Shown: positions 39,068 through 52,694 of the stretch, piece after piece | Numbering within the stretch: the stretch's first letter is position 1 | Layout: each line of letters begins with the position of its first letter | DNA from: Somniosus microcephalus | Taxonomy: Eukaryota | Reading direction: 5' to 3' | Assembly: GCA_052327205.1 (NCBI GenBank) | Contig: CM126205.1 | Coordinates: 273,420,001-273,484,000, forward strand | DNA: 64,000 nt | Notes under the pieces: generated by a model | What the model was told of the DNA's origin: nothing | Seen by the model: only the letters and a program-made list of their open reading frames with translations | Database searches by the model: none | Made by a program: the position numbers and the translations under genes

Positions 39068-40566
39068 TTTTTTTTAATTCATTGATGGGATGTGGGCGTC
39101 GCTGGCTAGGCCTGCATTTAGTGCCCATCCCCAATTGCCCTTGAGAAGATGGTGGTGAGCCGCTGCCTTGAACCGCTGCAGTCCATATGGTGTAGGTACA
39201 CCCACAATGCTGTTAGGAAGGGAGTTCCAGGATTTTGGCCCAGCGACAGTGAAGGATCGGCGATACAGGTCCAAGTCAGGATGGTGTGTGGCTTGGAGGG
39301 GAACTTGTAGGTGGTGATGTTCCCATGCGTCTGCTGCCCTTGTCCTTCTAAGTGGTAGAGGTCGCGGGTTTGGAAGGTGCTGTTGAAGGAGCTTTGGTGA
39401 GTTGCTGCAGTGCATCTTGTAGATGGTACACACTGCAGCCACAGTGCGCTAGTGGTGGAGGGAGTGAATGTTGAAAGTGGTGGATGGAGTGCCAATCAAG
39501 CAGGCTGCTTTATCCTGAATGGTGTCGAGCTTCTCGAGTGTTGTTGGAGCTGCACTCATCCAGGCAAGTGGAGAGTATTCCATCACATTCCTGACTTGTG
39601 CTTTGTAGATGGTGGAAAGGCTTTGGGGAGTCAGGAGGTGAGACACTCGCCGCAGAATTCCCAGCCTCTGGCCTGCTCTTGTAGCCATAGTATTTATACG
39701 GCTGGTCCAGTTCAATTTCTGATCAATGGTAACCCCCAGGATGTTGATAGTGGGGGATTCAGCGATGGTAATGCCATTGAATGTCAAGCATTGTGGGTGT
39801 ACCTACACCATATGGACTGCAGCGGTTCAAGAAGGTGGCTCACCACCATCTTCTCAAGGGCAATTAGGGATGGGCACTAAATGCAGGCCTAGCCAGCCAG
39901 CAACGCCCACATCCCATCAATGAATAAAAAAAAAGGGGAGATGGTTAGAGTCTCGCTTGTTGGAGATGGTCATTGCCTGTCACTTGTGTGGTGCGAATGT
40001 TACTTGCCACATGTCAGCCCAAGTCTGAATGTTGTCCAGGTCTTGCTGCATATGGACACGGACTGCGTCAGTATCTGATGAGTCTCAAATGGTGCTGAAC
40101 AGTGTGCAATCATCAGCGAACATCCCCACTTCTGACCTTATGATGGAGGGAAGGTCATTGATGAAACAGCTGAAGATGGTTGGGCCTAGGACACTGCCCT
40201 GAGGAACTCCTGCAGTGATGTCATGTGATTGAGATGAATGACCTCCAACAACCACAGCCAACTTCCTTTGTGCTAGGTATGATTCCAACCAATGGAGAGT
40301 TTTCCCCTTGATTCCCATTGGCTTCAGTTTTGCTAGGGCTCCTTGATGCCACACTCCATCAAATGCTGCCTTGATGTCAAGGGCAGTCACTCTCACCTCA
40401 CCTCGAGTTCAGCTCTTTTGTCCATGTTTGGACCAAGGCTGTAATGAGGTCAGGAGCTGAGTGGCCCTGGCGGAACCCAAACTGGCCGTCAGTTAGCAGG
40501 TTATTGCTGAGTAAGTGCCGCTTGATAGCACTGTCGACGACACCTTCCATCACTTTGCTGATGATT
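39068..40566 (-). mobile_element. CR1/L2-group LINE (second family) RT and 3' end, with an inverted copy of its own 3' end inserted at ~39788-39933
   Basis: [36 protein letters not shown]; poly-A tail. Confidence 0.88.
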
Positions 40567-40734
40567 GTTGCTATGTGGCTACAAATTGGTCAACCTGCAA
40601 TCCACTGTTACATGTTGCAGAAATGGAAATTTTTCAGTACTTAGCACAAAATCTGAGCCATTTGCCTCAACATTTCGAAAACCTTAGAGTGTGTAACTAG
40701 ATTGCTGGAACATATCTAGTTAACTGCTGGCACA

Positions 40735-41890
40735 AAAAAATACTGCAGATGCTGGAAATCTGAAATAAACAGAAAATGCTAGCAATACTCAGCAGGTCAG
40801 GTAGTATCTGTGGAAAAACCAAGTTAACGTTTCAGGTCGATAACTTTTTCCAGTTCTGATGAAAGGTCATGAGATGTAACAGGTTTTAAGCAAGTACAGA
40901 GGGAGGGGAGGAAAGAACAAAAAGGGATGGTCTGTGATAGGGTGGAAGGCAGGAGATTAAATGACAAAAGGGATGATGGTGCAAGGCAACAGGGGATGGT
41001 AATGGGGCAAGTAAAAATATAAAAAATGGGTCTGGAGGAGGAGGTGTAAATAGCAACAACATATTACCATCACCTGCTGTCCAAAAAAGAGCAGTGATTA
41101 TGATCTGAAATTGATGAACTCAATGTTGAGTCCAGAAGGCTGTAAAGTGCCTAACCAAAAGATGAGGTGCTGTTCCTCGACCTTCATTAGAAGAGTGTAG
41201 GAGGCAGAGGACAGAGAGGTCAGAATGGGAGTAGGGCAGAGAATTAAAATGACAGGCGACCGGAAGCTCGGTCACATTTGTGGACTGAACGGAGGTATTC
41301 CGCAAAGCAATCACCGAATCTGCGTTTGGCCTCCCCAATGTAGAGGAGCAAATAGAGTACACTAAATTCAAAGTACAAGTAAATGCCATTTCACCTGGAA
41401 GAATGAGTGTTTGCAGCCCTGGACGGTGGGAAGGGAGGGGGTAAAAGGGCAGGTATTGCATCTCCGGTGCTTGCACGAGAAGGTGAAGGGAGAGGGAGTT
41501 GTGAAGGGAACAGTCCCTTTAGAATGCTGAAAGGGGAGGGGAAGGTGTGTTTGGTGGTGGGATCATGCTGGAGATGGTGGAAATGGCAGAGGATGATCCG
41601 TTGAATGTGGAGGCTGGCGGGGTGGAAGGTGAGAAAGGGAACCCTATTGTGGTTCTGGGGAGGGAAGGGAAGGGGTAAGAGCACAAGTGCAGGAATGGGA
41701 CAGACATAGTTGAGGGGAACCCTCGGTTGAGGAAAAAAGGAAGACTGAAACGATGGGTCTGCTAGGACAGTCCTGGTTGTGGATCTTGGGAAAGAGGTAG
41801 AAGCGGAATTTGCGGGTTTGAGCTTGGAGGCCGTTGAGTGAAATTTCTCCAGGAGGTAATGAGGTCAGTGACAGCCTGGGAAATGATGGC
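40735..41890 (-). mobile_element. Degenerate Penelope-like element (family B) with inverted hammerhead remnants at ~40822-40870
   Basis: FTCTLNLVYSIC, LPVACHFN, FYLFPKIH..CPSRPIVS; GACCTGAAACGTTAACT (minus) next to AGTTCTGATGAAAGGTC (plus). Confidence 0.75.
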
Positions 41891-42156
41891 TCCATGATAA
41901 ATAAGAGGTTTGGCTCAACATAAAGCCTATATAAGCAATCCCTCATGGAAGTCTGCTTGCACCCCCGTCCTTCTGTCCTACCTGAAAAGATGATTAAATT
42001 TATTCTAAACGTGCTCTAGCATATGTAATCAATTGCACATGCTAAAAACCTCATTATTAAATCCACCTTCACTGCCCTTAGAAATGCTCTATGCAAGGAC
42101 TTGCACACAGCATTGCTTGGGTGCATATATCAGAAATTATGCTACATGACCTATTC

Positions 42157-42885
42157 ATAGAGTCAGAGTCATACAGCACAGGAGGCCATTTGGCCCATCA
42201 AGTCTATGCCAGCTCTCTAGAGCAATCCAATCAGTCCCATTCCCCCGCTCTATCCCTGTAGCCCTGCAAGTTTATTTCCCTGAAGTGCCTATCCAGTCTC
42301 CCCTTGAAAACATTGAATGTCTCCGCTTCCACCACTTCTGTCGGCAGCGAATTCCAGGTTCTCCCCACTCGCTGCGTAAAAAGGTTTCTCCTCACATCCC
42401 CCCCTTATCTCTTGCCCCGAACCTTAAATTTGTGTCCCCTTGTCCTTGTACCATCAACTAATGGGAACAGCCTTTCCCCAGTCTAGCCACAATCTTGTAC
42501 ACCTCTATCAAATCACTCCTCAAACTCCTTTGCTCTAATGAAAACAAATCCAGCTTCTCCCAACTGTCCTTGTAGCCAAGATCCCCCATCCCTGGAACCA
42601 TTCCAGTAAATCTCCTCTGCACCCTCTCAAGGGCTTTCACATCCTTCCTAAAGTGTGGTGACCAGAACTGGACGCAATACTCCAGTTATGGCCTAACCAG
42701 CGTTTTATAAAGGTTCAGCATAACTTCTCTACTTTTGTACTCAATACTTCTATTTATGAAGCCCAAGAATTCATATGTCTTGTTAACCATGCTCAATATG
42801 TCCTGCCACCTTCAGGGACCTATGCAAATAACTCTACACACTCTTTAAAACTGTGCCATTAAGTGTATATTGCCTCTCCCTGTTC
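42157..42885 (-). mobile_element. CR1 LINE 3' fragment
   Basis: KALERVQRRFTGMVPG...LFSLEQRSLRSDLIEVYKI. Confidence 0.85.
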
Positions 42886-42889
42886 TAGT

Positions 42890-45800
42890 AAACCAGAGGC
42901 CGATTGATCCAGAGACGAGAGTTCAAATCCCACCACGGCAGCTGTGGAATTTAAATTCTGTTAATTAAATAAAATCGGGAATAAAATGCTATCAGTAATG
43001 GTAACCATGAAACTCCTTGTCCTAAAAATCCATCTGGTTCAATAATGTCCTTTAGGGAAGGAAATCTGCCATCCTTACATTGTCTGGCCTATGTGACTCC
43101 AGACCCACAGCAAATGGTTGACTCATAACTGCCCTCTAAATAGCCTAGCAAGTAACTCAGTTGTAACAAACCGCTACAAAAAACCGGACGAGCACCCGAT
43201 ATCGACCTCAGCATCGGCTTCGGACATGACAATGGCACACCCTGCCTAGTCGACCCTGCAAAGTCCTCCTTGAAAAAGATATTTACTAGTCATAGCCCCT
43301 TTGGGGCTATCCCGGATCAGGCGTATTTCTCAGATGTTCACTTTCAGGTAGCCGAATCCTAAAGACGCTTAACTGGGTCTAAAGGTCCGGGCTATCTCTC
43401 CCTAAAGGAAAGGAACAACCCAAGAACTGTCCTGCAGATAGCGCTTTTAATAAGTTTAGCTAGACTAACATCCCGGATATTATGAGGGTCTGGAGATCTC
43501 CCCATAGAAAAATGTACCTCTTCACCAAAGAGTGTACAGAGATTGATTTCGCAACTTATTGATACAAAAGACTTGAGACAATGCTAAAAAAAGATTTATT
43601 AAAAGAACCGACATGCAATTTACAGTTGGTGAATCAGTCAATCGCAATGTTAACAGTTCCAAAGAGAAAAAATACGATCTTACTTTTAACAGAGAATCTT
43701 ACTTTTAAATCTTAACTGCACTACAGTATTAGTTCTTAATTTTCTATACAGGATATCCATCAATGTCAAAATACCTTTGATACCCAAAGTACCAAGAGTG
43801 GAAGACCACAGAGCTACCTCTGTAGTTGCGAATTGCCTTGCCCGATTAAAGAGACTCTGAAATCTCATTTGAGACTTCAATATTTATACCTTTTTTCAGT
43901 TGTATTTCCTTTAAAGGTTTCTGCTGATGCAAGTTAATTATCACTATTCATCTTTCTGCTGACCTCTGCAATTCTTTACTGCCACATCAGCTTGTAATAT
44001 TCCAGAATCTGCCACATCACCAAGTGTTCTGGGTTCACCATATAAAAAAGGTGTGAAAGACAGATGTCCCTTATTTTGTGTGTCATCTTTACAAGGGCAG
44101 ATGTTCCTTATCTTATGTGCCATCTTTACAAAGTTTAATTTATATCACATATCCAGGGTTGACTATTGTGTTGTTCCCAAAAGGTCAGCTACTCAGCCAT
44201 CCCATTCTTCCGTTTCAATAAGGTTATTTATTCAGGGTCAACAACTTGTCCGGTTTCAATAGCCATTATTCTCTCAGCTATTTCATAGTTAGGTTTTTAA
44301 ATTTCCAAACCCAGTTGGTCAGGTTTTAAAGAATTTATAAGGTAGAATTCCTTATAAAAGGTACTCTTCAGGGTCAACCACTGTCTTCTCAACAAGGCCA
44401 GAATTCTTTCATAAGGTAGTGTACTTTTCTAAAAAGGCTATATAGTATGGTTTTCTAAAAAGGTTACAGTATATTCCTTCACATCCTCACCAACAACAGG
44501 GGACGTGTGCCAAAATTAGGAGAGCTGTCCCAGATTAGCCAAGCAACAGCCGGACAGTTATACACTCAGAACCATTCCTTTCAGCCAATGTCCCAGACTC
44601 CACCATCATCCCTGCTTATGTCCAGTCCCACCGGCAAGACAGATCCACCAGGGGTGGTGGCACAGTGGTATACAGTCGGGGAGGGAGTGACTCAGAGTCC
44701 TCAACATTGACTCCAGACACCATGATGTCTCCTGGCTTCAGGTCAAGCATGGACAAGGAAACATCCTGCTCATTACCACCTACCACCCTCACTCAGCTAA
44801 TGAATCAGGACTCCATGTTGAACACCACTTGGAAGAAACACGGGAGGGTAGCAAGGGTACAGAACATACTCTGGGTGGGGGACTTCAAATTCCATCACCA
44901 AGAGTGGCTGGGTAGTACCACTACTGACCGAGCTGACGGAGTCCTGAAAGGCATAGCTGCCAGACTGGGCCTGCAGCAGGTGGAGAGAGAACCAACACAA
45001 AGGAAACACCGACTTCACCTCGTCCTCACCAATCTACCAGTCGCAGATGCATCCGTCGATGACAGCATTGACCACCACACAGTACTTGTGGAGACACAGT
45101 CCCATCTTCGCATGGAGGACACCGTGTTATGTAGCAAAAACACAATGCTGAAGGAGATAGATTCAGAACAGATCTAGCAGCTCAAAACTGGGCATCCATG
45201 ATGTGCTGTGGACCATCAGTAGAATTGTATTCCACCAGAATCTGTAACCTTATTCTACCATTATCAAGCCAGGGGACCAACCCTGTTTCAATGAGTTGTG
45301 CAGAAGAGCATGCCAGGAGCAGCACCAGGCATACCTAAAAATGAAGTGCCAACCTGGTGAAGCTGCAACACTGAACTACATGCATGTTATAGACAGAGCT
45401 ATGCAATCCCACAATCAATGGATCAGATTACAGCTCTGCAGTCCTGCCACATCCAGTCGTGAATGGTGGTGGACCATTAAACAACCAATGAGGAGAAGGC
45501 TCCATGAATATCCCCATTCTCAATAATGGCACAGCCCAGCACTCGAGTGCAACCATCTTCAGCCAGAAGTGCCGGGTGGATGATCCACATCACCTCCTCC
45601 CAAGGTCCCCACCATCACAGAAGTCCATCTTCAATCAATTCAAGCCACGTCATCAAGAAACAGCTGAGCGCACTGGATACAGCAAAGGCTATGGGCCCAG
45701 ACAACATCCTGGCTGTTGTGAAGACCTGTGCTCCAGGACTAGCCACACCTCTAGCCAAGCTGTTTCAGTACAGCTACAACACTGGCACCTACCCAACAAT

Positions 45801-47040
45801 GTGGAAAACTGCCCAGGTATGTCTTGTCCACAAAAAGCAGGACAATTCCAATCCAGCCAATTACTACCCCAAATCCGTCTACTCTCAATCACCAGCAACG
45901 TGATGGAAGGTGTTGTCAACAGTGCAATCAAGCGGCACTTACTCACCAACAACCTTCTCACCGATGCTCAGTTTGGGTTCCACCAGGACCACTTGGCTCC
46001 TGACCTCATTACAGCCTTGGTCCAAACATGGACAAAAGAGCTGAATTCCAGAAGTGAGGGGAGAGTGACTGGCCTTGACATCAAGTCAGCATTTGACAGT
46101 GTGGCACCAAGGAGCCCTAGTAAAATTGAAGTCAATGGAAATCAGGGGGAAAACTCTCCACTGGCTGGAGTCATACCTAGCACAAGGGAAGATGGTTGTG
46201 GTTCTTGGAGGTCAATCATCTCAGCCACAGGACATCGCTGCAGGAGTTCCTCAGGGCAGTATCCTAGGCCCAACCATCTTCAGCAGCTTCATCAATGACA
46301 TTCCCTCCATCATAAAGTCAGAAGTGGGGATGTTCGCTGACGATTGCAGTGTTCAGTTCCATTCATAACTCCTCATAATAAAGCAGTCCATGCCTGCATG
46401 CAGCAAGACCTGGATGACATTCAGACTTGGGCTAAGTGGCAAGTAACATCTGCACCACACATGCCAGGCAATGACTATCTCCAACAAGAGAGTCTAACCA
46501 CTGTCCCTTGACATTCAATGGCATTACCATCGTTGAATACCCCACCAACATCCTGGGGGTCACCAGTAACATAAATACTGTGGCAACAAGAGCAGGTCAG
46601 AGGCTAGGTATTCCGCAGTGACTGTCTCCCCTCCAGATGCCCCAAATCCTTTCTAGCATCTACAAAGCACAAGTCAGGAGTGTGATGGAATACTCTCCAC
46701 TTGCCTCGATGAGTGCAGCTGCGACACTCAAGAAGCTCAACACCATCTAGGACAAAGCAGCCCAATGATTGGCACCCCATCCACCATCGGCGTACCGTGG
46801 CTGCAGTATGTACCATCTACAAGATGCACTGCAGCAACTCGCCAAGGCTACTTTGACAGCACCTCCCAAACCCACAACCTCTACCACCTAGAAGAACAAG
46901 GGCAGCAGGCGCATCGGAACACCATCACCTCCAAGTTCTACACTGAGACTTGGAAATATAGCGCCTCCCGAACAGGACTGTGGAAGCAGCTTCACCACAC
47001 AGGCTGCAGCGGTTCAAGGCAGCTCACCACCACCTTCTAA
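42890..47040 (+). mobile_element. Near full-length degenerate CR1/L2-group LINE (APE-RT), interrupted by a solo LTR
   Basis: APE (PKLGEL, WVGDF, HLVLTN, DHHTV), KAMGPDNI, QFGF, GVPQGS, MFADD; same family as 39068-40566. Confidence 0.85.
43271..44483 (-). mobile_element. Solo ERV-type LTR (1213 bp)
   Basis: TG...CA termini, perfect 4-bp TSD TCCT/TCCT, minus-strand TATAAA (~43885) and AATAAA (~43597); cleanly splits the LINE APE start. Confidence 0.85.
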
Positions 47041-47067
47041 TTACCCATTCTTAATTATCCTTAAGAT

Positions 47068-48848
47068 AAGAACATAAGAAATAGGAGCAGGAGTAAGCCA
47101 TTCGGCCCCACGAGCCTGCTCTGCCATTCAATAAGATCATGGCTGATCTTCTACCTCAACTCCAAATTCCTGCACTTTCCCCATATCCAAAAATCTAAAT
47201 CGATCTTGGTAGTGAACATATTCAATAACCGAGCCTCCACCACCCTCTGGCGTGAAGAAATTTCTCATCAGTCCTAAATGGCCGACCCATTATTTTGTGA
47301 CTGATGCCTGGTTCTAGACTTCCCAACCAGGGGAAACATCGTCCCTGCATCTATCCTGTCAAGCCCTGTAAGAATTATATATTTCAATGAGGTTACACTC
47401 TAGAGAATATAGGCCTAGTCTACTCAACCTCATACGACATTCCCCCCATCCCAGGAATCAGTCTGGTTAACCTCCGTTGCACTCCCTCTATGGCAAATAT
47501 ATCCTTCCTTCGTTGAGCCCAAAATTGTACACAATACTCCAGGTGTGGTCTCACCAGGGCCCTATATAATTGCAGTAAGACGTCTTTACTCTTATACTCA
47601 AATCCTCTTGTATGTTGGCCTTTATTACCAGTTGCTTTCCTAATTGCTTGCTGTGCCTGCATGTTAACTTAGTGATTCGTGTACAAGGACACCCATGTCC
47701 CTCTGAACACCAACATTTTCCAATCTCTCACCATTTAAAAAATACTCCGCTTTCTATTTTTCCTACCAAAGTGGATAACCATATTTCTCCACATTATATT
47801 CCATTTGCCATGTTCTTGCCCACTCACCTGTCCAAATCCCCTTGAAGCCTCTTTGCATCCTCTTAAAGCTAGATGAGAATGTAAGTTGATATCAGCTATA
47901 GATATAGGTTGTGAATAGCCGAGACCCAAGCACTGATCCTTGCAGTACCCCACTAGTTACAGCCTGCCAACCAGAAAATGGCCTGTTTATTCCTTCTCTG
48001 TTCTCTGTCCGTGAACCAATCCTCAATCCATGCTAGTATATTACCCCAATCCCATGAGGCCTAACTTTGTTTACTAACCTGGTGTGGCACCTTATCAAAT
48101 GCCTTCTGAAAATCCAAATACACCACTGGTTCCCTTATCTATTCTGCTCGTTACAACCTCAGAAAGCTAACAGATTAATCAAACATGATTGCCCTTTCAT
48201 ACGTTGACTCTGCCCAAACCAATTATTTTCTAAGTGCCCTGTTACCATGTCATAAATAGATTCTAGCATTTTCTCTACTACTGATGTCACTACTACTCTC
48301 CCCCTCCTTTCTTAAATAGTGGGGTTACATTTGCTACCTTCCAATCTGTGGGAACCGTTCTAGAATCTATGGAATTTTGGAACATGACAACCAATGCATC
48401 CACTATCTCTATGGCCATCTCTTCAAACCCTAGGATGTAGACCATCAGGTCCAGGGGATTTAGTGGCTTGCAGTCCTATTAATTTCTCCAGTACCATTTA
48501 AAAAAAATTTTTTTTTTACTAATGCTAGATTTCTTTCAGTTCCTCATTCTCACTAGACCCTTGGTTCTCCACTATTTCTGGGAAGTTTACTCATTCCATT
48601 TTCCCTTTCTTTAAATCAATTTCTTGGCCCTCCCTTGCTGAATTCTAAAATTCTCCCAATCCTCAGGATTACTACTCTTTTTGGCAACATTTCAAGCCTC
48701 TTCCTTTGATCTAATACTATCTTTAACTTCTCGTTAACCATGGTTGGAACACTCTTCCTGTGGAGTTTGTGCCTTAAAAGGAATCTATATTTGGTGTAAA
48801 TTATGTATTAATTCTTTAAATACTAGCCGTTGCTTGTCTACTGTCATA
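47068..48848 (-). mobile_element. Degenerate CR1 LINE
   Basis: LQLYRALVRPHLEYCVQFW and a CR1 3' UTR. Confidence 0.85.
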
Positions 48849-48850
48849 TC

Positions 48851-49660
48851 ACTACTGCTCTGTAGACCATGAGCTTGCTGCTGGGTTTGAGGTCCTGGTC
48901 TTCAAACACACTCTTCCTCAGGCAACCGAAGGCTGCACTGGCACACTGAAGGCAGTGTTGGACTTAGTCATCGACGTCTGCCCTTGTTGACAGTAGGCTC
49001 CCAAGGTATGGAAAGTGGTCCACGTCGTCCAAGGCCTCATCGTGGATTTTGATAAGCAGGGGGGGGGGGGGGGGGGGGGGGGGGCAGTACTGTGTGGCAG
49101 GGGCAGGTTGGGAGAGGACCTTTATCTTACGGATGTTTAGCGTCAGGCCCATGCTCTTGTACGCTTTGGTGAAGGTGTTGACGACGGTTTGGAGTTTGAC
49201 CTCTGAGTGAGCGCAGACGCAAGCGTTGTCTGCATACTGTAATTCGACGAGGATGGGACGACCTTGGATCTGGACTGGAGGTGACGGAGGTTAAACAGTT
49301 ACCCGTTTGTTTTGTAAATTAGCTCCACTCCAGCCGGGAGCTTACTGAGGGTGAGATGGAGCATTGCAGCAAAGAAGATAGGGAAGAGCGTTGGTGCGAT
49401 GATCCCTGGCCCAAGACCACACAAAGTGCAGGAGAAGCAGCATCCAGGAAGGCGGCGAATACCTCTAGTCTCTTCGCCAGGAACAAGCGGAAAGAAGCCA
49501 AGCGCAAGTCAACCCAAGCACCCCACCGGTCCCTTCAACCACCATCTGCCCACCACCTGTGACAGAGACTGGAGGACCCACATTGGACTCAGTCACCTGA
49601 GAACTCATTTTTAATGTGAAAGCAAGTCATCCTCGGTTCCGAGGGACTGCCTAAGATTAT
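48851..49660. mobile_element. RTE-clade LINE fragment with 5' inversion (RT on minus 48851-49375, 3' end on plus ~49395-49660)
   Basis: ELQYADNAC..AHSE, GLTLNIRKIKVL, VDHFPYLGSLLS, ASAAFGCLRK; plus-strand HIGLSHLRTH C-terminus. Confidence 0.75.
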
Positions 49661-50879
49661 CTCTCTTAATGTAGTTTCCCAGTTCAAAGAACGCTGACAT
49701 GATGGAATACCTTAAAATAAAGGCATCATGGGAACACCCAGCAAGCACTCAATTGTATGATTGCAAGCGTGCTGACAAAGCTTTGTTATTGAGGTTATGG
49801 CATGGAGTAAGGGAACCAGCAGGGCCATGCATGTGGAATCAGTAGGGTAGAAATTCATCTTGGCCCATTTTCAGGTAAAAAAGTCAATGCACACCAGAAG
49901 TTAAAGGCCTGGTTCTCGCCGGAGATTGGGCCTCGAGCCTCATTGTAATAACTGCGGTGAGATGTTGCCCCCTAGAGGCAGCTCGCCAGACATCGTGGGA
50001 CCAATTTAGGCTGCCTGCCTCACCAGCAGAGGCTCTTGAATAAGTCCTGGGAGGATAGGGTTGGGGTGGGGGTGGTGAGTGGGAAGAAAGGGGGAGGGAC
50101 TAGAGCAGGACAGCAGCAGCCATCAGGAATGCTCCTTCCAGTTCCAAATAAAAAGTTAAGCATAAGGAAAAAACATTTTTGGGGGGCCTCTGGAGTCTCC
50201 AAGGACCATTGGTTAAGCTGCATGTGGAGCCCTTTATTTGCACATGCAGAGGACCCAATGCCCATTTCAGGCAGGATGTATGCCTGGAAAGCCACCTTTG
50301 CCAATATGGTGGCAGTCCCAACCTAGATGATGAGAGAACATAGGATGTTGCACCCTGACATTGGTTCTTTTTGGCCCCATATTTTGTCCACTAAACAGGC
50401 ATGAGGAGCAAATACTCTCCCCCCACCCCCAGTGACTTCTTGGACATTCAGAAATCCTGCCACTCTTGCAGTACCCTCTCCTGATGCCTCCCATTGCCCA
50501 TGGGAAAGGAGATGATAATCTACACTCTAGCAACCAATGCATCGGTCACTTGCTTAGTGTACAGTTGTTTGACTTAGCTTAATGATGCCCCCTGTGGCAG
50601 CCTGAATGGCCCTGTAGCATAACAAAAGCTGGGTAAGCTCTCCATATTTTGATGATATATAAAATATGTACAGAAAGAGATCCCATTATCCAAATTGGTT
50701 TCCCCTCTGTAGCCTGTTTTAACAAGGACTTCTGTTTTGATTGGGACCCAAAACTACCGTGATATTTTCACCATATAGAAGATCCCCTAATATAAGGCAC
50801 TTTTTATTATCAGATGATAAAAAAGTTAGTGTTTCTGTTTCTTCCCACTAGTTTTGCACCCAGATTCCAGTACAATAGA

Positions 50880-52422
50880 GCAGGGAATCCCCAGGGCCAG
50901 ACGAGATGTATCCCAGGCTGCTGTGTGAGGCAAGGGAGGAGATTGCAGGGGCTCCGACACAAATTTTCAGAACCTCTCTGGCCACAGGGGAGGTGCCAGA
51001 GGACTGGAGGACAGCCAACGTTGTACCATTATTCAAGAAGGGTAGTAGGGATAAACCAGGGAATTACAGGCCTGTGAGCCTAACATCAGAGGTAGGGGAA
51101 TTACTGGAAAAAATTCTGAGGGACAAAATTAGTCTCCACTTGGAGAGGCAAGGGTTAATCAAGGATAGTCAGCATGGCTTTGTCAGGGTGAGATCATGTC
51201 TGACCAATTTGATTGAATTTTGTGAGGGAGTGACTAGGTGTGTGGATGAGGGTAGTGCAGTTGATGTAATCTACATGGACTTCAGCAAGGTTTTTGACTG
51301 GTCAAGAAGGTAAGAGCCCATGGGATCCAGGGCAATTTGGCACATTGGATCCAAAATTGGCTTAGTGGCAGGAGGGTGATGGTCGAAGATTGTTTTTGTG
51401 ACTGGATGCCTGTGTCCAGTGGTGTACCACAGGGATCGGTGCTGGGTCCCTTGCTGTTTGTAGTGTACATTAATGATTTAGATATGAATGTAGGAGGTAT
51501 GATCAGTAAGTTCGCAGATGACACAAAAATTGGTGGAGTGGTAAATAGCGAGGAGGTAAGCCTCAGGCTACAGGATGATATAGATGGGTTGGTTAGATGG
51601 GCAGAGCAGCGGCAAATGGAATTTAACCCTGAAAAGTGTGAGGTGATGCATTTTGGGAGGACTAACAAGGCAAGGGAATACATAATGAATGGTAGAACAC
51701 TAGGAAGGACAGAGGATCAGAGGGACCTTGGTGTGCATGTACATAGATCCCTGAAGGCAGCAGGACAGGTAGATAAGGTGGTTAAAAAAGCATATGGGAT
51801 ACTTATATTCTATGCCTCGGCTAATGAAGGCAAGAGCAGGGAGGTTATGATGGAGCTGTACAAAACGCTAGTTAGGCCACAGCTGGAATACTGTATGCAG
51901 TTCTGGTCGCCACACTATAGGAAGGATGTAATTGCATTGGAGAGGGTGCAGAGGAGATTCACCAGGATGTTACCTGGGCTGGAGCGCTTCAGCTATGAAG
52001 AGAGACTGGACAGGCTGGGGTTGTTTTCCTTGGAGCAGAGAAGGCTGAGGGGGGTCCCGATTGAGGTGTACAAAATTATGAGTGGCATAGTTAGGGTAGA
52101 TGGAAAGGAACTTTTCCCCTTAGTAGAGGGGTCAATAACCAGGGGGCATAGTTTCAAGATAAGGGGCAGGAGGTTTAGAGGGGATTGGAAGAAAAACTTT
52201 TTCACCCAGAGGGTGGTTGGAATCTGGAACTCACTGCCTAAAGGGTGGTAGAGGCAGGAACCCTCAACATTCAAGCAGCATTTAGATGAGCACTTGAAAC
52301 ACCATAGCATACAAAGCTACAGAACAAGTACTGGAAAAAAGGGATTAGAATAGACAGGGCTTGATGGCCAGCGCGGACACGATGGGCCAAAGGGCCTCTT
52401 TCTGTACTGTATAATTCTATGA
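50880..52422 (+). mobile_element. 5'-truncated CR1 LINE
   Basis: ORFs 50906-51313 and 51337-52251 with RT motifs; tail ATTCTATGA. Confidence 0.92.
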
Positions 52423-52694
52423 CTAAGAAATGTCAGGATAAATTTGAAGGCTAGGATAAATTTGAAGGCTAGGAGATGAAAGAATAATTTGTCTCACAAC
52501 AAACCTTTTCTTGTATTCGGTCCAGGGAGTGCAGAAGAACCTCCCAGATTTGGGAGTAGTATGAAATCTTGGGCAGGCTTTAGCTTTACAGAGAAAAGCA
52601 AGAACTGATGGGAAAATAAATGTTAAGCACAAAAGAGAAAAAAATGTTTTATAAAGGCAGCTTTAGCAATGGAGGAACTATGGAAATGAGGCCA

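Noticed and set aside
49058-49084. Long poly-G runs (also ~18103-18118, ~54439-54460) as functional G-quadruplex elements
   Set aside because: Homopolymer expansions, mostly inside decayed repeats; length unreliable in assemblies
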